From positions 17,570-81,569 of the forward strand of contig JALONG010000004.1 of the NCBI GenBank assembly GCA_025455065.1: 64,000 nucleotides of DNA, in the 5' to 3' direction. This document shows, piece after piece, positions 36,176 to 48,300 of this stretch. The notes under the pieces are model-generated. The model saw nothing but the letters and a program-made list of their open reading frames with translations, was not told where the DNA came from and did no database searches. This DNA is from Candidatus Kapaibacterium sp. (lineage in GTDB: Bacteria; Bacteroidota; Ignavibacteria; Kapaibacteriales; UBA4661). The stretch's first letter is position 1. Each line of letters begins with the position of its first letter. The position numbers and the translations under genes were made by a program.

Positions 36176-37282
36176 CTATGCGCCTTCCACGCCATGAGAC
36201 AGTGCCAACTGCCCACACGCCGCATGAATATCCTTCCCGCTCGAAGAACGAATCATCACCGTAACGTCCAATTCCCGTAAACGCTTGATAAAATCGTGAA
36301 ATGCGTCTGCCGACGTGGGGCGCAGTTGTGCAGAAATGCCGCTTGGATTGGTAAAATCAATCGGATGAAAGGGAATCACATTCACTTTCGATGGCACACG
36401 GCGCGTAATGCGCTGCAAACGCCGTGCATCCTCGTCTTTGTCGTTCAAACCCTCGAACAAAATGTATTCGTAGGTTACGGGGCTGCCCGTTTTTCGGTAG
36501 TAGTATTCAAGCGCGTCGCCGAGTTCGCGCAGACTGTGTTTTTTGTTTATCGGCATAAGCTCAGTGCGCAAGCCGTCTGTGGTGGCATGAAGCGACAGCG
36601 CAAGTTTAATAGCGCGGTTCTCATCTGCCATTTTTCGTATTCCTTCGACCATACCTGCGGTGGAAAGCGTTATACGACGCGCTCCCAAAAGCTGCACGTC
36701 GGGGTGCGTAAAAATTTCGACGGCTTTCATCACGTTGTCGTAATTGAGCATCGGCTCACCCATGCCCATAAATACGAGGTTTGTGATAGGTTTGTCGGAA
36801 TGATGTTGCGCTTGCAACAACTGCTCGACGATTTCTCCGGCAGTCAAATTCCGCTTCATTTTGAGCGATGCCGTCGCACAAAATTTACAATTCAGCGCAC
36901 AACCGACTTGCGTGGAAACGCAGATTGTAAGCCGCTTTGGAGCGCAGTCCTCTTCGACGGATTCACTCGGAATCAAGACCGTTTCGATTTCGCGCCCGTC
37001 AGCAAGCCGAAAAAGAAATTTTTTCGTACCGTCGGCGGATTGCTGCAAATGCGCCAGTTCAAGCGGGCGGAATTCTGCGGTCTCCGCCAAATGCTTGCGG
37101 AGCGCGGCGGGAAGTTCGGTCATCGCTTCAAACGAATCCGCTTGCTGTGCGTAAAGCCGCTTGAATACTTGCGCAGCACGGTATTTCGGTTCGCCTATGG
37201 ACACGAAAAATTCGGCAAGTTCGCCGGGAAGCAAACCTTTGATTGCGTGTTTTGATGAGGGTTTGGGCTGTGTGGTCGTCAT
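36176..37282 (-). CDS. rlmN: 23S rRNA (A2503-C2) methyltransferase, radical SAM
   Basis: CVSTQVGCALNCKFCAT, MGMGEP, SLHA and AACGQL. Confidence 0.97.
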   Translation of the reverse strand: MTTTQPKPSSKHAIKGLLPGELAEFFVSIGEPKYRAAQVFKRLYAQQADSFEAMTELPAALRKHLAETAEFRPLELAHLQQSADGTKKFLFRLADGREIETVLIPSESVEEDCAPKRLTICVSTQVGCALNCKFCATASLKMKRNLTAGEIVEQLLQAQHHSDKPITNLVFMGMGEPMLNYDNVMKAVEIFTHPDVQLLGARRITLSTAGMVEGIRKMADENRAIKLALSLHATTDGLRTELMPINKKHSLRELGDALEYYYRKTGSPVTYEYILFEGLNDKDEDARRLQRITRRVPSKVNVIPFHPIDFTNPSGISAQLRPTSADAFHDFIKRLRELDVTVMIRSSSGKDIHAACGQLALSHGVEGA

Positions 37283-37420
37283 GGTGATTGCCTGAGAAGA
37301 TATTTTTTCTGAGAACAGAACGATAGCAAAAGTACAAAAGAAGCAGCAGTTTTGAAAATGACCTCTGCGACGAACTCTGGGCTAGAAGTAGCATTATTCC
37401 TACTCTCGCTGAAATTTTTG

Positions 37421-38581
37421 CTACAATTTTTGGTTATACTCAAACCAATCCATCACACCCCGCGCAAAGCCCGCTCGCCAATTTCCCCATGTGTGTCCCT
37501 GTGTAAATTCGCGGTATGTGGGCGCTGCGCCAAGCCGCTCCAATTCTTGCTTCATGCGCACCGTAAGCGCGTGTGCGTCGGCGACGGTGCCGGTCTGCAA
37601 AATGCCGTGAACACGGGCGGCGTTGGTCAAGTTTTCCGCGCTAAAAATCACACCTTTGCCCCACCAATAGGCTGGCGATTGCGCAAAAAAAACGCCGAAA
37701 GATTCCGGTGCGTGAAACGCCATATACGTTGCCAAAAGCCCACCCAACGAAGCACCACCGATGCAGCGTTCATGCGGTTTGTCGGAAATTACAAGACCGC
37801 GTTTTGTTGCCTCTTCCAATGCCTTCGGTAATGCCTCTTCGGTGCAGAATTTCAAATATGCCGGATTCAGCGTGTATTCTTCGTTGCGTTTGGGAAGATT
37901 TGGCGCAATAAAGACCGCAACACAAGGCGGAATGCGCTCTGCGTGAATGAGATGGTCGAGAATAAGATGAAATCTTCCCAGCGAAAGTGATTCCGCGCCG
38001 TCGTGCATAACCAAAAGCGGGAGCGATTTTTTTGTCGTCGTATCGGCTGAAAGCGAGTATTCGTGCGGCAGATAGAGCATCACCTCACGTTTGTCGCCGA
38101 GCGCAGCACTTTCCACCTCACATTTAACGATTTCCCCGTGCTGAAGCGGCTTCCCATCAATGTGTAGCGGCTTTAACCACGATTCATCCTTGTAGGTCGG
38201 CATGATGAGTTCCGAATTTGTCCCGAAGCCTTCTTGGGAAGCGTGGGGATTGCGCGGGTCGTTCTCCCACGCCGCGCCGTCAATCACAAATTTGTACTGC
38301 AAACGCGCATCGTCTTTGAACTCTTCGGTGTGATAAAACCACGATGTGCAGCGAATCCGCTTCATCGGGATTTGCTGCCGCCAATGCGTCCAATCGCCAA
38401 TGATATTCACGTGTTTTGATGCGCCTTCCCAAAGAAAAATCACTTTGTTACCGTGAATAACGGGCGTAGTGCGGTTTCTCATCGCCACATTCAGCGCACG
38501 GGCAAGTGCCATGCGCTTTGCAAGGCGTTTTTCGGTGATGATTTTGTGCAGAAGTATTTCGATGTCGTGTGATGTAGTCAT
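37421..38581 (-). CDS. Fes-like esterase (alpha/beta hydrolase) with N-terminal CBM48/Ig-like domain
   Basis: IIGDW..W, YKFVIDG..DPRNP, GASLGG nucleophile elbow and GHTW. Confidence 0.85.
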   Translation of the reverse strand: MTTSHDIEILLHKIITEKRLAKRMALARALNVAMRNRTTPVIHGNKVIFLWEGASKHVNIIGDWTHWRQQIPMKRIRCTSWFYHTEEFKDDARLQYKFVIDGAAWENDPRNPHASQEGFGTNSELIMPTYKDESWLKPLHIDGKPLQHGEIVKCEVESAALGDKREVMLYLPHEYSLSADTTTKKSLPLLVMHDGAESLSLGRFHLILDHLIHAERIPPCVAVFIAPNLPKRNEEYTLNPAYLKFCTEEALPKALEEATKRGLVISDKPHERCIGGASLGGLLATYMAFHAPESFGVFFAQSPAYWWGKGVIFSAENLTNAARVHGILQTGTVADAHALTVRMKQELERLGAAPTYREFTQGHTWGNWRAGFARGVMDWFEYNQKL

Positions 38582-38642
38582 GGTTGTAATTTCGGGAATA
38601 TGCAGAAAGCGTGTTGTAATGAGGGTTACAGCAATTTGAACA

Positions 38643-40892
38643 TTACTTCGGATACGCCGCGATGACACACTTAATTTCGTCATAACTGTACGCTTCGCCG
38701 AGCGCTTCTTTTATCGGCTTGAGCGGCTGTCCTTCGCGCCAATCCGCGTCGCGCAGCGCTTGAATAATCACCTCTTCTTTTTCTTCCGAAACAAACTCGT
38801 GCAGGGGGATTTTTCCTGCTTGCACAAATCGCGCAACGTGTCCGGCAATCGTTGAAGCCGCAAGCCCCCTCATAGATGCTATCTCTGCAACACTTTTTCC
38901 CGCCTCCCACAGACGAAGCGTTTCTTGGAATGTGTCGCCGGAAGAATTTACGGAGCGAGACGCAGAGCGGCTTGGCGAGAAGTTATCGGAAGAATACTCC
39001 GATTGCAAAAGTCGCTCCCGTTTTTGCGGAATATCCTGCATTTTGGACCAAAGCCCGTTTTCGTCGGCAAAGGTGCGTATTTCCTTGATGAAGAGCGTTC
39101 CGTAGCGCTGCGTTTTGACTTCACCAAAGCCTGAAACATGGCGTATATCCTCAAGCGAAAGCGGAATGTAGGTTGCGAGTTGAATAAGCGTTGCATCAGA
39201 CAGCACCATAAACGGTGCGACGTTTTCACGCTCGGCAATATTGCGCCGAAGCACCCGCAAACGCTCGAAAAGTCCTTGGTTATGCGGCGTAGCAGCATCG
39301 TTTCGTGCGGAAGCGCTGGCAGTACGCTCTTCGCGTGAAGGGCGCTTGGATGCTTGCTTTTTGGGCAGGAGAACACTTGCGTTTTGGTAGAGAACAGCTT
39401 TACTGCGCTCGTTCAATTTCAAAATTGGATATTCGCCTTCTTCGCGGTCGCACCATCCCTCGCGGATGAGTTCCTGAGCCACATTGCGCCATTCCGCCAC
39501 GCTCAAATCCGCGCCCACACCGAAGGTTTTCAAATTCAGATGCTCCATGCGCACTTTGTCTTTGTTGCCGCGCAAAATTTCGATAAGATACCCCGCTCCA
39601 AAGCGCTCTCCCGTGCGCACCATTGCCGAAAGGAATTTCTGCGCAAGCAAGGTCGCGTCGTAGGTTTCAAGCGGTGCGGGAGGATTCAGACAAATGTCAC
39701 ACGTACCGCATGAACCCTCGTTTTCAACGAAGTTTTCGCCAAAATACCGCAGCAAATACTCCCGTCGGCACGTGCGCGATTCCGCATAATTCGCCATTTC
39801 CTGCAATTTTCGGTTCAAAATGCGCGTCTGTTCGGGATTATCCTCAATCGTGAGCATTCGCCGCATTTTCGTTACATCGCCCGGAGAATAGAGCAAAATC
39901 GCGTCGCTCTGCACTCCATCGCGCCCAGCGCGTCCGGTTTCTTGGTAATAACTTTCGATATTTTTCGGCAAATCGTGGTGAATGACAAAGCGCACATTTG
40001 ATTTGTCAATGCCCATGCCGAAGGCAATCGTAGCGCAAATAATCTGCACTTCATCCCGCAAAAACAAGTCCTGATGCCGTGCGCGGGTTTCCCGCTCCAA
40101 ACCCGCATGATAGGGCAGTGCCGAAAAACCGTCCGTGTTCAGACTTTCGGCAAGGTCTTCCGCACCGGCACGGGAAAGCGTGTAGATGATGCCGCTTTCG
40201 CCTTTGCGCTGGCGTAAATGCTGAACAATACGCCGATACGCATCGCGTTTGGGTTCGACAAAATAGCGAATGTTCGCACGGTTGAAGGACGAAACAAACG
40301 TGTTTTTGGAGGGAATCGCAAGTTGCTGTGCGATGTCGCGGCGTGTTTGCTCGTCGGCAGTGGCAGTGAGAGCAATGCGGGGAACGTTAGGGAAAAGGTG
40401 CTTGAGGCGAGTTAATTCGCGGTATTCGGGGCGAAAATCGTGTCCCCATTGCGAGATACAATGCGCTTCGTCAATGGCAAACAGCACAGGATTCAACGTT
40501 GCCAAAAACGCCAGAAAGCGCTCTGTTACTAATCGCTCAGGTGCAACGTACAGAATTTTCACCGAACCGGAGCGTAAGCGGCTTGCAAGTAAGCGCTGTT
40601 CGTATTCATCCAGCGTAGAATTGAGATATGCCGCTTCGATGCCGTTCAAACGCAGTGCATCCACTTGGTCTTTCATAAGAGCAATAAGCGGCGAAACAAC
40701 GACGGTCAGCCCTTGCAAACACAGCGCCGGAATTTGATAACAGAGGGATTTTCCGCCACCTGTGGGCATAAGCACAAAGGCATCTTCCCCGCGCAGCACG
40801 GTCGCAATGGCGCGTTCCTGCTCAAGACGGAAGTTCTCGTATCCAAAGACTGAACGCAAGATGTGAAGCGGCGTAGAGGCAGTTTCAGGCAT
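38643..40892 (-). CDS. recQ: ATP-dependent DNA helicase RecQ (HRDC + C-terminal HTH)
   Basis: [37 protein letters not shown], zinc-binding Cys cluster. Confidence 0.97.
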   Translation of the reverse strand: MPETASTPLHILRSVFGYENFRLEQERAIATVLRGEDAFVLMPTGGGKSLCYQIPALCLQGLTVVVSPLIALMKDQVDALRLNGIEAAYLNSTLDEYEQRLLASRLRSGSVKILYVAPERLVTERFLAFLATLNPVLFAIDEAHCISQWGHDFRPEYRELTRLKHLFPNVPRIALTATADEQTRRDIAQQLAIPSKNTFVSSFNRANIRYFVEPKRDAYRRIVQHLRQRKGESGIIYTLSRAGAEDLAESLNTDGFSALPYHAGLERETRARHQDLFLRDEVQIICATIAFGMGIDKSNVRFVIHHDLPKNIESYYQETGRAGRDGVQSDAILLYSPGDVTKMRRMLTIEDNPEQTRILNRKLQEMANYAESRTCRREYLLRYFGENFVENEGSCGTCDICLNPPAPLETYDATLLAQKFLSAMVRTGERFGAGYLIEILRGNKDKVRMEHLNLKTFGVGADLSVAEWRNVAQELIREGWCDREEGEYPILKLNERSKAVLYQNASVLLPKKQASKRPSREERTASASARNDAATPHNQGLFERLRVLRRNIAERENVAPFMVLSDATLIQLATYIPLSLEDIRHVSGFGEVKTQRYGTLFIKEIRTFADENGLWSKMQDIPQKRERLLQSEYSSDNFSPSRSASRSVNSSGDTFQETLRLWEAGKSVAEIASMRGLAASTIAGHVARFVQAGKIPLHEFVSEEKEEVIIQALRDADWREGQPLKPIKEALGEAYSYDEIKCVIAAYPK

Positions 40893-40931
40893 AGCACGAT
40901 GCGAAGATAATGTGAACGAGTGAACGATAGC

Positions 40932-40964
40932 AAAAAAAAGGGTGCAAACACTCGTTTTGCACCC
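40932..40964 (-). terminator. Probable intrinsic terminator
   Basis: gggtgcaaa / tttgcaccc stem with an A8 run. Confidence 0.6.
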
Positions 40965-40982
40965 ATAAAGTAGCGTTATTCC

Positions 40983-41918
40983 TTAATCTTCCGTAATTAT
41001 CAGCACTTTCGATTGCGCCCAAAAACGGTTTCCACCGCCAATTTTGAGCGTGTAGGGCGTGGTATTTGCTTCGTAAGGTTTGGGGCTGAGAAGTTTCGGG
41101 TCATGCACCGACACAACACGGTAGAACTTTGATTTCATCGGTATTTCCACTATTTTTCGTATGTCAATTTTTGTAAAATTTTCATCCACACGTAGCGAAT
41201 CCGTAGCCTTCCACGTACCACCAAAGACCAGCACTGAACCTTTTTTCTCAATGTAGCCTTTTTTGTTGAGTTCGTCCGTTGTACCGATGATGTAATATGC
41301 GGTGTAGAGTTCATCTTGCGTGTCACTGAGTTCTTGTTTACGGACAGCAAGTTCTTCTTCTTTTTCGAGAAGTTTTTTCGCTTTTGAAAGAGCTTCCGCC
41401 TTGAATTTATCGCGCTCCGCACGGGTGAGGTCTAATTCGGAATTAAGTTGGGCGATGCGTATTTCCTGCTCTTCAATCGTACCTTTCAGTTTTTTAATAG
41501 TTTCTTCCAGCACGGTAAGTTTTTGCGAAAAACCTGCATTCCGCTGCTTGAGCGTATTGATGCGGTCTTCGGCGGTTTTCATTTGTTGTTTGTATCCCGT
41601 TACGACCTCGCTAATAGCAGCAAGTTTGCCTGCGACTTGGTTTTTGTAATTCAGGTTGTCAATGTTTTCCAGCGTTTTTGTAACGGCAACCGCTCCGGCA
41701 ACGTTAGAAACTTGGTTGTAGATATTGGCAATGGAATTGGTCGCCGACCCCAAGACCTGAGCAATACTATCTTTTTCGTCGGAGAACTGGGACAATTCTC
41801 GGCTTTGCACCTCCAATTTTTTTGCTTGGTCGGAACGCGCTTTGAGTAACGAACCGATGATTGCCAAAGCAATGACGGAAAAGACAAAAAACGAAAAAAT
41901 AAGGATGCGATTTTTCAT
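40983..41918 (-). CDS. Membrane-anchored coiled-coil protein (Bacteroidota Cbp1-like family)
   Basis: N-terminal TM, long heptad region, C-terminal AYYIIGT..EL, FTKIDIR and FW..SK. Confidence 0.65.
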   Translation of the reverse strand: MKNRILIFSFFVFSVIALAIIGSLLKARSDQAKKLEVQSRELSQFSDEKDSIAQVLGSATNSIANIYNQVSNVAGAVAVTKTLENIDNLNYKNQVAGKLAAISEVVTGYKQQMKTAEDRINTLKQRNAGFSQKLTVLEETIKKLKGTIEEQEIRIAQLNSELDLTRAERDKFKAEALSKAKKLLEKEEELAVRKQELSDTQDELYTAYYIIGTTDELNKKGYIEKKGSVLVFGGTWKATDSLRVDENFTKIDIRKIVEIPMKSKFYRVVSVHDPKLLSPKPYEANTTPYTLKIGGGNRFWAQSKVLIITED

Positions 41919-41988
41919 AGCGGAGGTAGAAATTGTGAGTGCCTGTGCGGTGTTGAGAAAGATAGTTGGATGTGAAATTTGTCGAACA

Positions 41989-43131
41989 TTAAATCAAATA
42001 AAAACCGAGCGCCAGCGAAAGTAGTTCATAGATAGCAAAGAGCAGTAAAAACGCCAACGATGCAGGAATGACTTTCCAACCGATATGCCCTAAATGCACC
42101 CTTTTGAGCGCAAAATACAAATACGGCAAAGGAAGAAGCGGACCAAATGCCCCCAGCCACGAGAACTTGAGCGCGACGACAATCAGTACCATCCACAGCA
42201 CCAGAAAATACGTGATAAAATGCAGTGAAAAAATAAGATGTTCGACATAATACCAACTCGGATACAACACCTTCAGAAACAGTGCGAAAAGTAGCACAAT
42301 CATAAAGGTGTAAAAGGGAATATAGTTCTGCACCGTGTCATCAAGCCGTTGCTGAATAAGTTCCACCGGAACTTTCACCTCTTGTGCTTTTTGTTTGATA
42401 GCTTCGGCAAACTGCGGCTGCTTCAAAAGCGCTTCAGTATTGATGTCGAGGTTAATACTCACAAAGAAAAATACTGCTGCGGTAACGAAGTACAACTGCG
42501 TGGGAAGCGTATAGGATTGGTGGCGAAACTGTAGATATTCCATCGTTAAAAAGCCCGGCTTGATAAGCAAAAGTTTGAGGGAGCGAAAAAACTTTCCGTC
42601 AATATTCAAAATTTCAGGAATAGCATGGCGGGCGAAGTTCCCCAAAGTGAGTTCTGCGGCAGCGTCGCGGGATTGCCCACACTTTGAGCAATACTGCCAA
42701 TCCTTTTCCATTGGCGCACTACAATTCGGACAGCCCGGGAAGAGGGAAAAAATCGTAACGTTGTTTAGTTCCGCCCGATGGAACATCTCGGTAATACTTT
42801 CATCATCCGTGCCGGGCAGGATTCCAACATACGCCCCAAACCCCGATACGACAATGCTAAAGAGCAGCAATCCCAGAAAAATATCCGATTCGTGCATCGT
42901 GACAATTCCATAGGCAAGTTTCGCACCGGGATTGCTATACGCGGACTGCGCTGCTTTCGGCTTACCGTCTTCGGTGAGGACGGTTTCCATCATCGCAAAA
43001 TCAGCAAAATCGTACGCCGTTGCCGAAAAATAGACCAAACAACAAACGGAAGTCAGCAGAAAAAAAACAACGCTCCACAAAGCGGCAAACAATGTTTTGC
43101 GAATAACAATTCGTTGCGTTTTGGTTTCCAT
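41989..43131 (-). CDS. DUF3667-like membrane protein with zinc ribbon
   Basis: CPNC...CSKCGQ, DGKFFRSLKLLLIKPGFLT.EY and YYVEHLIFSLH. Confidence 0.8.
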   Translation of the reverse strand: METKTQRIVIRKTLFAALWSVVFFLLTSVCCLVYFSATAYDFADFAMMETVLTEDGKPKAAQSAYSNPGAKLAYGIVTMHESDIFLGLLLFSIVVSGFGAYVGILPGTDDESITEMFHRAELNNVTIFSLFPGCPNCSAPMEKDWQYCSKCGQSRDAAAELTLGNFARHAIPEILNIDGKFFRSLKLLLIKPGFLTMEYLQFRHQSYTLPTQLYFVTAAVFFFVSINLDINTEALLKQPQFAEAIKQKAQEVKVPVELIQQRLDDTVQNYIPFYTFMIVLLFALFLKVLYPSWYYVEHLIFSLHFITYFLVLWMVLIVVALKFSWLGAFGPLLPLPYLYFALKRVHLGHIGWKVIPASLAFLLLFAIYELLSLALGFYLI

Positions 43132-43620
43132 ACTTCAGGCCTTAGAAAAATCAACGTTATTCAAAAGTGTTTTGGGAAGCACTTTACTCGGCGAGGTGTC
43201 AGTGGTGGAAAAGACCAAGAGTAAAGTGGTAAATGACAGCGTGAACGGACACCAGATTTGATAGAATCCCACTTGCCAAACCTAGGTGTTTACGTTACTG
43301 ATGCCGTGCAAAAAAAGGAATTACATTAAGATACTGAAATTCGGACTATTGACAAAGATTCTGTGCGTGTCTGGGAACATTTTTCGCAAAATTACGTTTA
43401 ATCTGTGGTGAATGTCCGAATAATGGCATGAATTAGCAATTTTTTTTTTATGTTTGTACAGTGTCATACCTTTCGCGTGGTGATGCTGTTTCGTGTGTGA
43501 GCAGCCAAGCATCGGTGCTTCGTTTGTTTACCGCAAAACCAAATTTTTCAATAGCCTATGAATGTGGATGTTTTTTATGACACAGCCGCCGATGTGGTGG
43601 TTAGTGACACAGAGGAGACT

Positions 43621-45264
43621 ATGAATAAATCAATCTTGCTTATTGATGATGACGAGCGTTTATCCCATCTTCTTGCTGATTTGTTTGATTTGGACGGGTA
43701 TGCCGTTACGATTGCCCAAACAGGAAAAGAAGGCTTAGAACTCGCCCAAAAATCCGCTTTTGCCGTTGCTATCGCCGATGTGCATTTGCCGGATACGCAT
43801 GGTATTGAACTTGTACGACTGCTCAAAGAAGTGGCTCCCGCAACGGAAGTTATTGTGCTGACTGCCCACGCCGAAGTCAAAGATGGCGTGGAAGCCATGA
43901 AAAACGGTGCTTTTGACTACGCCCTCAAAACCGGCGACCATGAACAACTCATGCTTACTATCGCCCGTGCTGCCGAAAAATCGCAACTCCAACTCGCCGT
44001 CAAAGAACTCCAAAAACAACTCGTTTCGCAAGATGCCTTTGGAACGATTATCGGCGTTGCGCCAGCTTTGCAAGAAGCCGTCAAAATGGCTCGCCATGCG
44101 GCGCACACAGATATTCCCACCTTGCTTTTGGGTGAAACCGGAACAGGCAAAGAAGTTTTTGCCCGCGCAGTCCACAATTCCAGCACACGGGTAAAAAAAG
44201 CCTTTGTAGCCCTGAATTGCAGCGCCATTCCCGCAGACCTCTTGGAATCAGAACTGTTCGGCTATCAAAAAGGTGCGTTCTCCGGTGCAGTGCGCGACAA
44301 ACGAGGACTCATCGAAGAAGCACACGAAGGAACGCTCTTTTTGGATGAAATCGGCGAAATGCCGCTTGCCTTGCAATCAAAACTTCTCCGTGTGCTGGAA
44401 ACCCGCAAATTTGCTCGTGTCGGCTCAACGGAACTGATTGATGTGGATTTTCGGATTATTGCCGCCACGAATGCCAATCCGCAAGAAGAAATCGCCTCAG
44501 GGCGCTTCCGTGCTGATTTGTACTACCGATTGGAAGGCTTTACCATTGTGCTTCCCGCACTCCGCGACAGACGCGGCGACATCGAAATTTTGGCGCAATA
44601 CTTCCTCACCATGTTTGCCGCGAAGTACCAGAAAAACGTGCTTAGTATGAGTCCCGAGTTCATTCGTGCTATCAATGCCCGCCGTTGGAAAGGAAATGTT
44701 CGGGAACTGCGTAATTCCATGGAACGCGCTATTGTCCTGTGTTCCGGCACGGTTCTTTCGCCGGATTTGCTGTCGCCGGAACTTGAAGATTTACAGTTCC
44801 AAAGCCATTTGCCACAAGCGGTGTATAATGTGGGTTATCCCGCACAGGTAGGCATCCCAAATGGGCTGCCTATGCAGCCTTATCCTGTAGCATACCCTGC
44901 AATGGGCTTTCCCAATTATGCAGGGCAATACCCCGCCGGAACTCCTAGTGCCTACATCCCAAATGGGATGCCGAATGGAAATCCCATGGCAAATCCCAAT
45001 GGGAACGGTTACAACGCTCCCTACCCTCAACAGCCCTATCAAACGTATATCCCTAACGGTGCTGCCTCCGAAAACGGTTCTACGAGCGACGAACAAAGCG
45101 ACGACGCACAGTTTTCACTTCGACGCGCCGAAGATGAACGCGCCCGTCAGGAAATTATCGCTGCACTGCAAGCCTCCGGCGGACACCGCGAAAAGACTGC
45201 AAAATTGCTTGGTATCAGCCCTGCAACGCTCTACCGCAAACTTCAGAAGTACGGTATTGCCTGA
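43621..45264 (+). CDS. Sigma-54-dependent response regulator (REC-AAA+-Fis HTH)
   Basis: ILLIDDD, GETGTGKE, ESELFG..KGAFSGA, FLDEIGE, GNVREL and LGISPATLYRK; GAGGAG SD before 43621. Confidence 0.93.
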   Translation: MNKSILLIDDDERLSHLLADLFDLDGYAVTIAQTGKEGLELAQKSAFAVAIADVHLPDTHGIELVRLLKEVAPATEVIVLTAHAEVKDGVEAMKNGAFDYALKTGDHEQLMLTIARAAEKSQLQLAVKELQKQLVSQDAFGTIIGVAPALQEAVKMARHAAHTDIPTLLLGETGTGKEVFARAVHNSSTRVKKAFVALNCSAIPADLLESELFGYQKGAFSGAVRDKRGLIEEAHEGTLFLDEIGEMPLALQSKLLRVLETRKFARVGSTELIDVDFRIIAATNANPQEEIASGRFRADLYYRLEGFTIVLPALRDRRGDIEILAQYFLTMFAAKYQKNVLSMSPEFIRAINARRWKGNVRELRNSMERAIVLCSGTVLSPDLLSPELEDLQFQSHLPQAVYNVGYPAQVGIPNGLPMQPYPVAYPAMGFPNYAGQYPAGTPSAYIPNGMPNGNPMANPNGNGYNAPYPQQPYQTYIPNGAASENGSTSDEQSDDAQFSLRRAEDERARQEIIAALQASGGHREKTAKLLGISPATLYRKLQKYGIA

Positions 45265-45302
45265 GATACTTGCATTAGATGACCTGAAGAGCTGACAAAA
45301 TC

Positions 45303-48300
45303 TCACTTCCTCTTCCCCACCAGAAAATACGTCTCCATCGTGCCTTTGCCCTTCACATCAATCATGCGCGGCGGCTCAAAATCGTATTCTTCCTTGAGCG
45401 CCAAATACACTTCGCGGCTGCAATGAATTTTTCCCGTCTCGCCGTGAGATTCCATGCGGCTTGCAGTGTTTACCGTATCGCCCCACAGGTCGTAAGAAAA
45501 TTTCTTCTGCCCGATAATTCCTGCAACCACCGGACCCGTGTGAATGCCGATGCGCACTTCAAGCGGTATCTTCATCGTATAGCGCAGAATTTCAAGCGTT
45601 TGGAGCATTTCTATCGCCATTCCCGCAATCGCTGAGGCATGGTCTTCTTTGGGTTCGGGAACACCCCCGACAATCATGTAGGCATCACCAATCGTCTTGA
45701 TTTTCTCTAATCCGTAGCGCTCCGAAAAAATATCAAACGCGGAAAACACCGTGTTCAAGACATCCACCACTTCATGCGGAGATTGCTTCGCGGCAAGTTC
45801 GGTAAAACCGACAATATCGGCAAACATCACCGTTACAGCATCGAAGCCGTCGGCAATACGCTCCTCGCCTGCACGAAGACGGCTTGCAATCGAAGGTGGC
45901 AACACATTCAAAATAAGCCGCTCCGATGTATGGCGCTCATCTTCGAGTTCCAGATTTTTTTCTTGCAAGGTCGCGTTCGCCACCTCAATTTCGCGGGTTT
46001 GCTCGTCCAACAGTGCGATTTGGCGCTGGATTTCCTCGTTGGCATTGTGCAATCGGTCGTTGCTTTCGCGGAGTTCCGCCGTGCGCTCCTCTACTTGCCT
46101 CTCCAATTCATTTGCGCGGCGCTCAATGATGCGGACTCTGGCACGATAGGCAATAACACCGATAAAACCGATACCACACGCCACCAAGACCCGAAACCAC
46201 CACCGTTCCCAAAATGGCGGAATAACCTGCACGACAAGCCGCTTCCCGACTTCGTTCCAGATGCCATCGTTGTTGCAGGCTTTCACGCGAAAAATGTATG
46301 TACCGCCTGAAAGATTGGTATAACGGGCTTCATGGCGTTTTCCGGCGCTTATCCATTTTGCGTCGAAGCCTTCCAACATATATTTGAAGCGGTTTTCGTC
46401 GGACTGAACAAAACTCAGCGCGGAAAACTCCAAGGAAAACACATTGTCTTTGTAGGAAACCGTGAGCGTGTCTAACAAGGAAATATCCTCTTCCAACGGC
46501 ACTTCTTCCCCGAAACGGCGCAGCGCCGTTAGAACAATCGGCGGAATAAAACTATTCACTCGCACACTGTCCGGGAAAAAGGTGCTGAAGCCCTGCAACC
46601 CGCCAAAATACAAGCGTCCGCTTGCTCCTTGCGAATACGCTCCGGCGTTAAATTCGTTATTTTGCAGCCCGTCATTCACATCGTAATTCCGAAATGGCGT
46701 ATATGCCTTCGCAACGTCGGTTGTAAGCGGCTTGCGGACAATATTCTCAGCACTTGGCGGGGTCATCCGCGACAAGCCTTGGTGCGTACTCATCCACAAA
46801 TCGCCCTGCATATCCTCCAAGACTGCATACACCACGTTATTCGCCAAACCATGCTCTTCTTTCCAGGCGATAAACTGCTCCGTGCGAACATCCATGCGGC
46901 ATATACCACCGCCCTGCGTACCAATCCACAGCACCGAATCACCCGAAAAATGCAGCGAAAAAATACCGTCATGGCTGAGAGAGTTAGGGTTCGCGTCGTC
47001 GTGACGATAGGTTTTCCATTCCCCCGTGCGAGGATTGAAACGGCTGAGACCGCCGCCGCGTGTTCCAATCCATATTCTTCCCTTAGAATCTTCCTTCAGC
47101 GCCCGCACGAAATTATGACCCAATGACGGCGCTCCCTGCTGTTTCACATAGTGCGCAATGTACGTCTTGGTGTGGGGATTAAAGACCTTCAACCCACCAC
47201 CGCGTGTTCCCACCCAAATAAGACTGTCGCGGCTTTCCAGCGTCACAAATGTTTGGTCAATCAAGCGCACATCTAATGCGCGAAAAGCACGTGTTAATGC
47301 GCTGTCCGGCGTTTTGACCGTTCCCGCAAAGACTGTGCGCTCCGTCGTCTTTGAGTTCATACGCTGCAACCCCGCATCGGTCGCCAGCCAGATTGTACCG
47401 TCCCGCGCTTCCATGATATGCCGAACAAAACCTGAAACGGATTTGTCACGAATTTTTTCGCGCAAGGCATCAGGCGGCGGCACACGCTCAACGCGCCGTG
47501 TGAGAGGATTCATCCGAAGCAAGCCCTCTTCGGTGCCTATCCACAGTGTTTGAGTGCGGTCTTCCAAAAGCGCATACACCGCATTGGAGAGCAAATCATT
47601 GGGATTTTGCGGGAAACAAACGGTTGTTTGAAACACATTCGCTTGACCATGAAAAACGTTCAAACCATTACCAAATGTTCCCACCCAATACGCACCAGAG
47701 CGGTCTTCACAAAAAGCAAAGACAATGTTTCCACTCAACGAGCGCCCGTTGGACGGGTCGTAGGAATAGTGCGAAAAGGTCTCCGTTACGCGGTTGTACA
47801 GCACAAGTCCACCGCCACCCGTACAAATCCACAAGCGCTGCTTGCTGTCGAGCCTCATGGCAATAACGTCGTTTGAGGGTAGTCGTCCGTCTTGCATTCC
47901 TTTTGCAGCATCGTTCACCAATGTACCACCCGGAAAGTGCCGTAAAACCTTACGTTCTGTGGGATGCACCTTGTAAAGCCCTGTTGTTTCTGTTCCGAGC
48001 CACATTATGCCGTCCACATCTGCCAAAATTGCGTTCACATCGTGACTTCTCATCCCCGCAAGATAGCGCTGGTACGGCTCTTTGAGCAGACACTCCCCCG
48101 TTTCGGCGCGAATAATTTCTATGCCGTCTTCTGTTCCAACCCAGATATTTCCTGCCTTATCCTCCGTAATCGTCTTTATAACATTCGCACCAAGCGATTT
48201 TCCTTCGGTGGAAGTATGACGGAACGTCGTGTTGATGCCGGATTGAGGATTAAAACGGTTGATGCCATTTTCCGTCCCCACCCAGATAATGCCCTTGCTG

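Noticed and set aside
36296-37255. 319-aa plus-strand ORF
   Set aside because: Antisense shadow of rlmN.
43180-43228. 10-bp stem cactttactc / gagtaaagtg upstream of the DUF3667 gene
   Set aside because: A single hairpin with a large loop, no U-tract and no second copy; not enough to assign a function.
43424-43438. Sigma-54 promoter-like TGGCATGAATTAGCA upstream of the activator
   Set aside because: GG-to-GC spacing is 9 nt; the -24/-12 consensus strictly needs 10.
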